DNA of 64,000 nt from a virus. Lineage: Duplodnaviria; Heunggongvirae; Uroviricota; Caudoviricetes. Of this stretch, positions 28,983-37,573 are shown piece by piece. The notes beneath the pieces were generated by a model, which saw nothing but the letters and a program-made list of their open reading frames with translations, made no database searches and had not been told where the DNA came from. Made by a program: the position numbers and the translations under genes. Positions within the stretch are counted from its first letter, which is position 1. The number at the start of each line of letters is the position of its first letter. The stretch is taken from positions 18,407 through 82,406 of the IMG/VR virus record IMGVR_UViG_3300012269_000002. The stretch is one strand, 5' to 3'.

Positions 28983-31415
28983 ATGAAAGTAATAAAAAGA
29001 GATGGTTCATCGGAGCCAATTAAATTCGATAAGATATCGGCAAGAATTAAGAAACAAACTTACGGTTTGAATACGGATTATGTTGATTACATGGAAGTTA
29101 CTCAGAAAGTTATTGCTGGAATTTTTGATGGTATTACAACAAAAGAATTAGATAACCTAGCCGCAGAAATTGCGGCTTCGTTAACTAGGGTACATTATGA
29201 TTATTCTAAACTTGCCTCTAGGATTTCTATTTCTTCATTAAAGAAGTATACTAAAAAAAGTTTCACGGAAACCATTGAGGACCTTTACCATTATGTAAAC
29301 CCAATAACTGGCGAACAAGCTGGTCTTATTGCGGACAACGTATATAATATCGTTCGTGAAAACTCCAAAAAACTTGAACAAATGATTGTTCATGACAGAG
29401 ATTTCGACTATGACTTCTTCGGTTTTAAAACACTTGAAAGAGCATACTTATTAAAAATTAATAATGAAATAGCCGAAACTCCACAACATATGTGTTTAAG
29501 AGTTTCATTGGGGATTTGGGGAGATAACCTTAAAGAGGTTCAAAAGACATATGATTCCTTAAGTAAAGGTTTATTCACACACGCAACACCTACGCTTTTT
29601 AATTCTGGAACTAAAAAGCCACAGTTGTCAAGTTGTTTTGTTGCTGGTACAAGTGTATTTACAACAAGTGGTGTTAAAAATATTGAAGATGTTGAAATTG
29701 GTGATAAAGTAGTTACTCACAAGGGTAACGTTAAGGAGGTTCAACAACTACATAAAAATAAATTAAATGATAGACAATTGTATGACCTTAAAACTTATGG
29801 TAGTCCAAATATGACTGTAACTGGTAATCATAGAATTTTATCATTATCAAAAGAACAAGATAAGTGGGGTAAAACACCAAAATGGAACTCGGTTGAATAC
29901 CTAAGGGTCGGGGATTATGTGGCCATACCAAACAAAATTGGTAAATATGCACCAGAAAAGGTTGAATTAATAGATTATGTACCAAATAATTATGGTAATA
30001 TAGAATTAGAAAGTGAAATCATTGGAGATAAACTAAAAGTAAAATCAAAATGGTTGCGAAGACACAAATTAAATAATAATGGTGGTAATATTATAGTCAC
30101 TAGAAAACATAATGAGATAAATAAATCAATCATAATTGATGAAGATTTTGCATTTTTATTAGGTGTTTGGATTGGTGATGGAAATATATTAACTGGTAAA
30201 GATTATAGTAAAACTTTAACTGTTAATAGGGGTATTAGATTTACAAATAATAAGGATGCCTATGGTTTAATTGATAGGTTAGATAAATTAATAACTAAAA
30301 TATTCGGTATTGATGGTAATATTTCAAAACCAACAAAAACCAATACAATAACTATTGATGTACATTCACATGTTATATCTAATTATTTTTATAAAAACTT
30401 TGGTAAGGGTTTTAATGGTAAAAAAATACCCGATTTCATGTATAATTGGGATAAACTTATGATTTCAAAATTTTTAGAAGGTTTAATAACTTCTGATGGT
30501 TGTGTGACTAAAAGTGGTGATATTAGGATTACTATGGCAAATATTGACTTAATCAAATCAATATTTGCTTTATCCAGAAACTGTGGTATACCATTATCAT
30601 ACTCCGAGGCAACATCATTAAAATTAGGTGGGACTAAATTAACCGCTAGGATATCTTTACCTAAGGGTTCAATAGATTTATCCAATATCTATAAACTATA
30701 TAATGACGAAAGGTTAAGTGAGTATTTTAATAAGTCAAATAAAAATTCCAATATTAAAATAATAAATGGTACAACTTTTATTATAATAAATAAAAAAAGT
30801 GAAAATATTAGTAAACCAGAATTTGTATATACGCTAGGTGTTCAGGATGACCATTCATATGTTGTTGAAGGTAATGTAGTTGAAAATTGTTTCCTATTGG
30901 GTATGGCAGATGATTCAATCAAGGGCATATATGAGTCTTTAAGCGATTGTGCCGACATTTCTCAGTCCGCTGGTGGTATCGGTATCCACATTCATAATGT
31001 TCGTGCCAAGGGCACTTATATAAAGGGTACAAATGGAACCTCTAATGGTATTGTACCTATGTTGAGGGTTTATAATGAAACAGCTAGATATGTAGACCAA
31101 TGTTTTACCGAAGAAACATTAATCAATACCGATAAAGGGTTAATTAAAATTAAAGATATTTCTGAAGGGGATAAAGTTAAAACGTCAAATGGTTTTAATA
31201 AAGTTAAAAAAGTTAAAAAATTTAATAAAGAAAAAAGAGAATTAATAAACGTTAATGGTAAAACTAAATCAACAGTAAGTCACCCTTATTTAGTAGTTGA
31301 AGATTCAACTGGTAGAGATTTAGAAATCATTAAATTATCAATTAAATCTGGAACATTAATACCTAAATGGGTTGAAGCTAAAGATTTAAATAAAAATATG
31401 TTTATATTAAAATAA
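28983..31415 (+). CDS. nrdA: Ribonucleotide reductase alpha subunit, fragment 1 (ATP-cone; contains a cis intein; ends in split-intein N-half)
   Basis: MKVIKRDG ATP-cone, ATPTLFNSGT..PQLSS|C, SAGGIG, TARYVDQ|CFTEET...*. Confidence 0.93.
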   Translation: MKVIKRDGSSEPIKFDKISARIKKQTYGLNTDYVDYMEVTQKVIAGIFDGITTKELDNLAAEIAASLTRVHYDYSKLASRISISSLKKYTKKSFTETIEDLYHYVNPITGEQAGLIADNVYNIVRENSKKLEQMIVHDRDFDYDFFGFKTLERAYLLKINNEIAETPQHMCLRVSLGIWGDNLKEVQKTYDSLSKGLFTHATPTLFNSGTKKPQLSSCFVAGTSVFTTSGVKNIEDVEIGDKVVTHKGNVKEVQQLHKNKLNDRQLYDLKTYGSPNMTVTGNHRILSLSKEQDKWGKTPKWNSVEYLRVGDYVAIPNKIGKYAPEKVELIDYVPNNYGNIELESEIIGDKLKVKSKWLRRHKLNNNGGNIIVTRKHNEINKSIIIDEDFAFLLGVWIGDGNILTGKDYSKTLTVNRGIRFTNNKDAYGLIDRLDKLITKIFGIDGNISKPTKTNTITIDVHSHVISNYFYKNFGKGFNGKKIPDFMYNWDKLMISKFLEGLITSDGCVTKSGDIRITMANIDLIKSIFALSRNCGIPLSYSEATSLKLGGTKLTARISLPKGSIDLSNIYKLYNDERLSEYFNKSNKNSNIKIINGTTFIIINKKSENISKPEFVYTLGVQDDHSYVVEGNVVENCFLLGMADDSIKGIYESLSDCADISQSAGGIGIHIHNVRAKGTYIKGTNGTSNGIVPMLRVYNETARYVDQCFTEETLINTDKGLIKIKDISEGDKVKTSNGFNKVKKVKKFNKEKRELINVNGKTKSTVSHPYLVVEDSTGRDLEIIKLSIKSGTLIPKWVEAKDLNKNMFILK
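29634..30887 (+). mobile_element. Cis intein (418 aa) with LAGLIDADG endonuclease; +1 residue is the Cys225-equivalent; penultimate Glu
   Basis: QLSS|CFVAGT...VTGNH...FLLGVWIGDG...FLEGLITSDG...YTLGVQDDHSYVVEGNVVEN|CFLL. Confidence 0.9.
31101..31412 (+). mobile_element. Split intein N-half (104 aa), nrdA split A
   Basis: CFTEETLINTDKGLIKIKDISEGDKV...STVSHPYL...WVEAKDL...*; strongly basic. Confidence 0.88.
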
Positions 31416-31456
31416 TAAACATGTAAGAACATGAATTTAATAAAATAAAATAAAAA

Positions 31457-31636
31457 ATGGCATACAAAGATAGTATTGAAAATTTTAATGAGCTAGGTTA
31501 TGACTTAGATAACATTAAATTAGAAAAAGTTAAATCAATAAGTACTTCAATAGAAGATTGTGAAGTATATGATTTAGAAATTGATGAGTTTCATAATTAT
31601 GAAACAGAAATGGGATTAGTTCATAATGGTGGTGGT
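31457..31636 (+). CDS. nrdA: nrdA fragment 2, exon 1: split intein C-half (57 aa, 31457-31627) + GGG
   Basis: ...EVYDLEIDEFHNYETEMGLVHN|GGG. This frame differs from that of fragment 1, 41 nt upstream. Confidence 0.85.
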
Positions 31637-31940
31637 AAACTTTTGCCTTCACGTTAAAAAAATTCAGTTAATTGCTGGAACTCCCTTAGAGTTTATAATA
31701 CTACAACGCAGATGGTAACGTCAAACGTGAATGTTTGAAAAATTATAAAATTGGGAAATCAGCAGCCAAGGTTCTTAGAAATAAGAATAAGGTTCAACGA
31801 CTAGGTTATGGAGTCTTAATATTAAGTTAAAGATAGTAAAAACCCACGAAAGCTGGACAATGTTAATTCATTGAAGATATAGTCTAGACTTATTAGAAAT
31901 AATAAGAGGTTGAGATAAAGAACTCAACGTTAATACAACG
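31637..31940 (+). ncRNA. Group I intron (304 nt, no ORF) in nrdA
   Basis: P AATTGCTGGAA 31670-80, Q AATCAGCAG 31757-65, R GTTCAACGACTA 31792-803, S AAGATATAGTCT 31874-85. P7 GACTA/TAGTC; P1 with U36.G45 wobble; terminal G. Splicing restores GGG-KRKGS. Confidence 0.93.
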
Positions 31941-32681
31941 AAAAGAAAGGGTAGTATTGCCGTATATTTAGAGCCATGGCATGCGGATGTACAGGATTTC
32001 ATTCAATTAAGAAAGAATCACGGAAAGGAAGAAATGAGAGCTAGAGATTTATTCTTAGCCTTATGGACCCCAGATTTATTTATGCAGAGGGTTGAATCCG
32101 ATGGTGATTGGACTTTAATGTGTCCACATGATTGTCCAGGTTTATCCGATGTTTATGATACTAAGGATAGTAAGGCTTTTACTGAATTATATGAAAGTTA
32201 TGAGGCTTCTGGTAAAGGAAAGAAAACCTTAAAAGCTAGAGAATTATATGCTGAAATTCTTGAGAGTCAAATTGAAACTGGGACACCTTACATATTATTC
32301 AAGGATGCTGCCAATAGTAAATCAAACCAACAAAATATAGGTACAATTAAGTCTTCAAACTTATGTCTAGTTGGTGAAACTAATATTAAAATTAGATTAA
32401 ATGGTATTGAGGGTGAAATAAGAATGGATTTATTAAATGAGTTATTTAAAACTAATGAAAATTTAGAGGTTTTAAGTCATAATATTAGAACAAAAGTTAA
32501 TGAGTGGAAATTAGTCACAAATTCAGCAATGACTAACCCTAAAACTAATGTTTTAAAAATAACTGACGAAAAAACTGGTAAATCAATTAAATGTACGCCA
32601 GAGCACGAAGTCTTTACTGAGAATAGAGGTTATATTATGGCTAAAGATTTAAAATCTGATGATGTTTTAGTAATTAATTAA
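31941..32681 (+). CDS. nrdA: nrdA fragment 2, exon 2 (ORF track starts it wrongly at 32034); ends in split-intein N-half
   Basis: [17 protein letters not shown]...[14 protein letters not shown]...IKSSNL|CLVGET...*. Confidence 0.9.
   Translation, partial: KRKGSIAVYLEPWHADVQDFIQLRKNHGKEEMRARDLFLALWTPDLFMQRVESDGDWTLMCPHDCPGLSDVYDTKDSKAFTELYESYEASGKGKKTLKARELYAEILESQIETGTPYILFKDAANSKSNQQNIGTIKSSNLCLVGETNIKIRLNGIEGEIRMDLLNELFKTNENLEVLSHNIRTKVNEWKLVTNSAMTNPKTNVLKITDEKTGKSIKCTPEHEVFTENRGYIMAKDLKSDDVLVIN
32364..32678 (+). mobile_element. Split intein N-half (105 aa), nrdA split B
   Basis: CLVGETNI...[22 protein letters not shown]. Confidence 0.9.
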
Positions 32682-32728
32682 AAATATTTTAGTAACTTCC
32701 ATAATTATAAGATATTTATTATTAAATT

Positions 32729-33493
32729 ATGGAAGTTATGAAAAATAATAAATATTATGTGTATGGTTATTTCGACCCTAGAAAAGGGGGTGAATATAAA
32801 TTTGGTAAATATGTGTTTGAATTTGAGCCAATATATATTGGTAAAGGTAAATGTGGTTCTAAACGAATGGAAAGGCATTTATTATTCATAAAAGATAGGA
32901 ATATTGATTTAACGAATAATAAATATAAATTAAACTTATTTAATCAGATAATGAGTGATGGTCTTGAACCCATTTTTTTTAAAATAGAAGATAAATTAAA
33001 TGAAGACATCGCTTATAGTATTGAAACGCTTTTAATTGATTTAATTGGATTTAGACACAATAATACTGGAACATTAACCAATATAAGTGTTGGTGGATTT
33101 GGTGGTGATATGTTTACAAATAACCCTAATAAAGAATATATTAGGTCATTAAGGGTTAAACAAATGAGTGGTGAAGGTAACCATAGGTTTGGTATTAAAT
33201 TAGAGGATACCCCATCACATAAAATGAGGGGTGAAAATCATTGGAATACTGGTCGAGAAATTTCAAGCTCAACTAGAAAATTGATGTCAAAAAATAATAG
33301 CGGTAAGAATAACCCCAATGCCACTAAAGTGTGTAAGTATGATTTGGATGGTAAATATATTTGTACATATAATACGATGAAAGAGGCATGTGTTGAAAAT
33401 AATGTTAATAAGGGTTGTTTGATTAGGGCGTGTAAATCAAATTTAAAATACACTGCTAAAGGTTTTAAGTGGGGTTATAATAATAATAATTAA
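32729..33493 (+). CDS. Free-standing GIY-YIG-like endonuclease (NUMOD3/NUMOD1-type repeats) inside split intein B
   Basis: YYVYGYFDPR...PIYIGKG...R...H, E..LI..IG...G.LTN; RKLMSKNNSGKNNP; KVCKYDLDGKYICTY. Confidence 0.8.
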   Translation: MEVMKNNKYYVYGYFDPRKGGEYKFGKYVFEFEPIYIGKGKCGSKRMERHLLFIKDRNIDLTNNKYKLNLFNQIMSDGLEPIFFKIEDKLNEDIAYSIETLLIDLIGFRHNNTGTLTNISVGGFGGDMFTNNPNKEYIRSLRVKQMSGEGNHRFGIKLEDTPSHKMRGENHWNTGREISSSTRKLMSKNNSGKNNPNATKVCKYDLDGKYICTYNTMKEACVENNVNKGCLIRACKSNLKYTAKGFKWGYNNNN

Positions 33494-33527
33494 ATCAATT
33501 AGTATATATAAAAATATAAAAAATAAA

Positions 33528-34796
33528 ATGATAAAAATAGAAGAATTAGAAGAGGAAGTTTCAGTTTATGATATCACTGTAGATGGTAATCATAATTTCT
33601 ACGCTAACGACATTTTAGTACATAATTGTACTGAAATAATGGAGGTTAGTACACCTGATGAAACAGCCGTATGTAACTTAGCTAGTGTCGCACTACCAAA
33701 GTTCGTTGAAATCCCAAGTGGTAAAGTTAAATCTAAAGATAAGGAATTAAGAACATTCGACCATGATGGGCTATATGATATAGCATATCAGATTACGGTT
33801 AACTTAAATCAAGTTATCGATATTAACTGGTATCCAACAGAAAAGGCTAAAAAGTCTAATTTTAGACATAGACCAATTGGTATCGGTGTTCAAGGTTTAG
33901 CTGATACATTTGCCATGTTAGGTTTACCGTTTGAATCAGATGAGGCTCAAAAATTAAATAAAGAAATTTTTGAAACGATTTATTTTGCATCTATGACAGC
34001 ATCTATGGATTTGGCTAAAATAAGTGGTTCTTATGAAACATTTGAAGGTTCACCAGTATCTAAGGGTATCTTCCAATTCGACATGTGGGAAATGGAAGAA
34101 GGTGAATTATCTGGAAGATGGGACTGGATTAAGTTGAAAAAAGCGGTAATTAAAAATGGTGTTAGAAATTCATTATTATTAGCACCGATGCCAACAGCAT
34201 CAACAGCTCAAATATTAGGTAATAATGAATGTTTTGAACCATATACCACCAACATATATAAGCGTAATGTTTTAGCTGGTGAATATATCATAGTGAATAA
34301 ACATTTAATAAGTGATTTAATCGACTTAGGGTTATGGGATGATAAACTTAGAATTGATTTAATCAAGAGTAATGGTTCTATTCAGAGTATTGATAGAATA
34401 CCACAGAACGTTAAAGATATTTATAGAACTGTTTGGGAAATGAAATCCTCAACACTACTTAAAATGTCAAGGGATAGAGGTTTATTCATTTGTCAATCTC
34501 AATCAATGAATTTATTCATAAGGGATGCAAATACGGCTAAATTATCAAAAGCTTTGATGTATGGTTGGAAATTGGGTCTTAAGACTGGTATGTATTACCT
34601 AAGAAGTAATTCTAGCGTTTCGGCCAAACAAAGTTTAGGTGCCGAAGTTCAACAAAGAGTAATCGAAGAGGTAAAACAAGAAGTGCCCGAAACTAAGTTA
34701 GTTGCACCCATTGTAAGCTCGATAGCCGAAGAAGAAGCACTTAAGGGTGTTACTTGTAGTTTGGATGACCCCGATTGTGAGGCATGTGGTAGTTAA
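33528..34796 (+). CDS. nrdA: nrdA fragment 3: split intein C-half (33 aa, to 33626) + C-terminal catalytic region
   Basis: MIKIEELEEEVSVYDITVDGNHNFYANDILVHN|CTEI..TAVCNLAS..RPIGIGVQG..APMPTAST..GLKTGMYY..CEACGS. Confidence 0.93.
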   Translation: MIKIEELEEEVSVYDITVDGNHNFYANDILVHNCTEIMEVSTPDETAVCNLASVALPKFVEIPSGKVKSKDKELRTFDHDGLYDIAYQITVNLNQVIDINWYPTEKAKKSNFRHRPIGIGVQGLADTFAMLGLPFESDEAQKLNKEIFETIYFASMTASMDLAKISGSYETFEGSPVSKGIFQFDMWEMEEGELSGRWDWIKLKKAVIKNGVRNSLLLAPMPTASTAQILGNNECFEPYTTNIYKRNVLAGEYIIVNKHLISDLIDLGLWDDKLRIDLIKSNGSIQSIDRIPQNVKDIYRTVWEMKSSTLLKMSRDRGLFICQSQSMNLFIRDANTAKLSKALMYGWKLGLKTGMYYLRSNSSVSAKQSLGAEVQQRVIEEVKQEVPETKLVAPIVSSIAEEEALKGVTCSLDDPDCEACGS

Positions 34797-34817
34797 ATGT
34801 AATTAAGTATTAATATT

Positions 34818-34849
34818 AAAGGTCTTTCAGCGATGTTAGACCTTTTTTT
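34818..34849 (+). terminator. Intrinsic terminator after nrdA
   Basis: AAAGGTCT / AGACCTTT stem plus T7. Confidence 0.65.
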
Positions 34850-34906
34850 ATTTTACCATTTATTTTTTAAAAAATTTTATTATAATATTTATGATAAAAT
34901 AGTATT

Positions 34907-35296
34907 ATGGCTGGTAATGGAGTTTTCATAAATATAGGCTTTCCCTTTAGTGAAAGTAATAGAGGGTTTTTCTTAAAATTAAATAATGATGATAAGGGTG
35001 CCATCAAATCTGATTTAATGCATTTAATACTCACCAGAAAGGGTGAGAGGTTGTATATGCCAGAATTTGGTACAAACCTATTGAAATATATTTTTGAACC
35101 AAATGATAACGTAACCCAAGAGGATATTAAAAGGGAAATAAACCTTACAGTTAAAAAATATCTACCAAATCTACAAATAAACGGGGTTATCGTTAACGAG
35201 AATGAGGCAACACCATATGGTGTAACAGTTAGAATAGATTATACCGTAACAGATGACGTATTCCAAGAAACAGACTTCGTTATAATTGAATTATAA
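34907..35296 (+). CDS. Baseplate wedge protein (gp25/gpW-like)
   Basis: IKSDL..LILTRKGERLYMPEFGTNL..YIFEP signature. Confidence 0.9.
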   Translation: MAGNGVFINIGFPFSESNRGFFLKLNNDDKGAIKSDLMHLILTRKGERLYMPEFGTNLLKYIFEPNDNVTQEDIKREINLTVKKYLPNLQINGVIVNENEATPYGVTVRIDYTVTDDVFQETDFVIIEL

Positions 35297-35359
35297 AATA
35301 TAACTTTTATTTACTTTTAATATATTTTATTTATTATACTATTTATAATAAAATAAACT

Positions 35360-37177
35360 ATGGCCAAGAAAATAAATTATAATTCAAGGAATTTTGCTGA
35401 TGTAAGACAAGAGTTAATCAGCTTTGTTAAGCAATATTACCCAGATATATTCAATGATTTTAACGATGCATCGGTTGGTATGATGTTATTGGAATTAAAT
35501 GCCGCTGTTGGTGACATGTTATCTTTTCATACCGATAGGATGTTTCAAGAAACCCAATTAGATTACGCACAGGAAAGAGGTTCAATATTATCTATGGCCA
35601 GAACTTTTGGATTAAAGGTTCCTGGTAAAAGTCCATCGGTAACAATTGCCGATTTTTCCGTTACGGTTCCAGTATTAGGTGACACGTTCGACATTTCATA
35701 CGCACCAATATTAAGAAGAGGTGTTCAAATAAGTGGTGGTGGTAAAGTATTTGAAACTACTGACGAAATAGATTTTTCAAGTCCGTTTACTACTGGTGGA
35801 ATACCCAATAGATTGATTATACCTAATTTTGATTCTAACAATACATTAATTAATTACAGGTTAACTAAAAGGGAAATGGTTATTAACGGTGTTAGTAAAA
35901 CCTTAAAGAGAGTTTTAACTGGTGATAATATTAAACCATTTTTTGAAATAATATTACCAGACGATAATGTATTATCCATAAATTCAATTATTTCACTAGA
36001 AGGAACCAACTATGTAACAATACCCACAACAAATCAATTCTTTGACGAGGATTTAAGATGGTATGAGGTAGATGCCCTGGCCGATGATACGGTTTTTATT
36101 CCTAATAACGATGTAATTAGTGATAATTCAGCGATTATCCCAGGTAAATTCTTTAGGGTCAATCAAAGATTTATAAGGGAATATACTGATAATGGTTTTA
36201 CCAGAATTATATTCGGTGGTGGTTCAGAAGATGTTAGTTCTTTATCTAATTTTGGGGTAAACCCAAACCTAGTTAATAGAATAGGGGATTTTATTAATAA
36301 TTTATCATTAGGTATAACCCCTAAACCGAATACCACTATGTTTATTCAGTATAGAGTTGGTGGTGGTGCCGATACCAATGTTGGACCAAACTTATTAACG
36401 ACCATTAATCAATCCGAAACAATTGTAAACGGACCAAACTCAACGGTTAATCAATCCGTTAGAAATTCACTTACGGTAACTAACCCGTTACCAGCTTTAG
36501 GTGGTAAGGACGAACCATCAATTGAAGAATTAAGGAATTTGGTTAGATATAATTTCTCATCACAAAATAGGGCCGTAACACTTCAAGATTATAAAACTAG
36601 GATAGCTTTGATGCCAGGTGAGTTCGGAGTGCCCTTTAGAGTGAACGTAATGGAGGAACAGAATAAAATTAAGGTCTATGTCTTAACATTGGATAACGAT
36701 GGGGATATAAGCACGTCATCGAATATGACGTTAAGAAATAATGTAGCTACTTACTTATCCGATTATAGAATGATAAATGATTTTGTTGAGGTGGGTAATG
36801 GTAAGGTATATAATTTAGGTTTTGAGGTCGATTTATTTATTGATAAACAATTTTCACAATCACAGGTAATTTCTCAAACGATTATCGAGATTACAAATTA
36901 TTTCAACATCAATAACTGGGGTATGGGTGATAATATTTATTTAACTCAGTTAATAGAACAAATAAATAATGTAAGTGGTGTTATAAACGTTGTTGATTTA
37001 AGGGTTTATAATAAAGTAGGTGCTGGTAGGTATTCTTCAAATGAAATACCACAACCTTACATTGATGATGAAACAAGACAAATAGATTTATTGGGTGAAT
37101 ATACCATTTTTGGTGACCCAGTGGGCATGTTTGAAATTAAAAGACCAGACCTAGATATTCGTGTTAGGGTAAAATAA
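35360..37177 (+). CDS. Baseplate wedge protein (gp6/gpJ-like)
   Basis: YNSRNFADVRQEL..., GGKDEPSIEELR...QNRAVTLQDY. Confidence 0.88.
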   Translation: MAKKINYNSRNFADVRQELISFVKQYYPDIFNDFNDASVGMMLLELNAAVGDMLSFHTDRMFQETQLDYAQERGSILSMARTFGLKVPGKSPSVTIADFSVTVPVLGDTFDISYAPILRRGVQISGGGKVFETTDEIDFSSPFTTGGIPNRLIIPNFDSNNTLINYRLTKREMVINGVSKTLKRVLTGDNIKPFFEIILPDDNVLSINSIISLEGTNYVTIPTTNQFFDEDLRWYEVDALADDTVFIPNNDVISDNSAIIPGKFFRVNQRFIREYTDNGFTRIIFGGGSEDVSSLSNFGVNPNLVNRIGDFINNLSLGITPKPNTTMFIQYRVGGGADTNVGPNLLTTINQSETIVNGPNSTVNQSVRNSLTVTNPLPALGGKDEPSIEELRNLVRYNFSSQNRAVTLQDYKTRIALMPGEFGVPFRVNVMEEQNKIKVYVLTLDNDGDISTSSNMTLRNNVATYLSDYRMINDFVEVGNGKVYNLGFEVDLFIDKQFSQSQVISQTIIEITNYFNINNWGMGDNIYLTQLIEQINNVSGVINVVDLRVYNKVGAGRYSSNEIPQPYIDDETRQIDLLGEYTIFGDPVGMFEIKRPDLDIRVRVK

Positions 37178-37198
37178 ATAGAATTAAATAAAAAAGTT

Positions 37199-37570
37199 AT
37201 GGGTTGTAGTAGTTGTAAAGATAAAAGTAAGGGGTTCCTTCCAAATGGGGGTGTCAATAATGCAGATAATAGTGGATTATCATTAGTTGAAAAGATAGTA
37301 ATATTTATAACTAAAACAATTGGTTTTATTATAGGTGGGGCTATTTTAGCTATTATTGTTATACCATTTTCACTATATACCTTATTTAAGATAGTTTATT
37401 TTGAAGAATCAATAGATATTACTGGTGCCTTGATAAGTTTAGGTAATATACTAATGAAAGACCGCAGTGGTGATGACGATTTGAATGATGTTAACATTGA
37501 CGATATTGACTCACAGGATTATGAATTGGTTGGTGTCGATGACATAACCGATGACTTTAAAAATAAATAA
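37199..37570 (+). CDS. Small membrane protein
   Basis: MGCSSCK start, hydrophobic stretch IVIFITKTIGFIIGGAILAIIVIPFSLY, acidic tail. Confidence 0.6.
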   Translation: MGCSSCKDKSKGFLPNGGVNNADNSGLSLVEKIVIFITKTIGFIIGGAILAIIVIPFSLYTLFKIVYFEESIDITGALISLGNILMKDRSGDDDLNDVNIDDIDSQDYELVGVDDITDDFKNK

Positions 37571-37573
37571 TTA

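Noticed and set aside
31413-31457. Stop-codon read-through or genetic-code reassignment joining the intein halves
   Set aside because: The halves are in different frames with several TAA codons between them. Long ORFs elsewhere read cleanly in the standard code, so there is no sign of recoding.
31457-31657. 66-aa stand-alone gene as given by the ORF track
   Set aside because: It is exon 1 of nrdA fragment 2 read into the intron; LLPSR* is intron-encoded.
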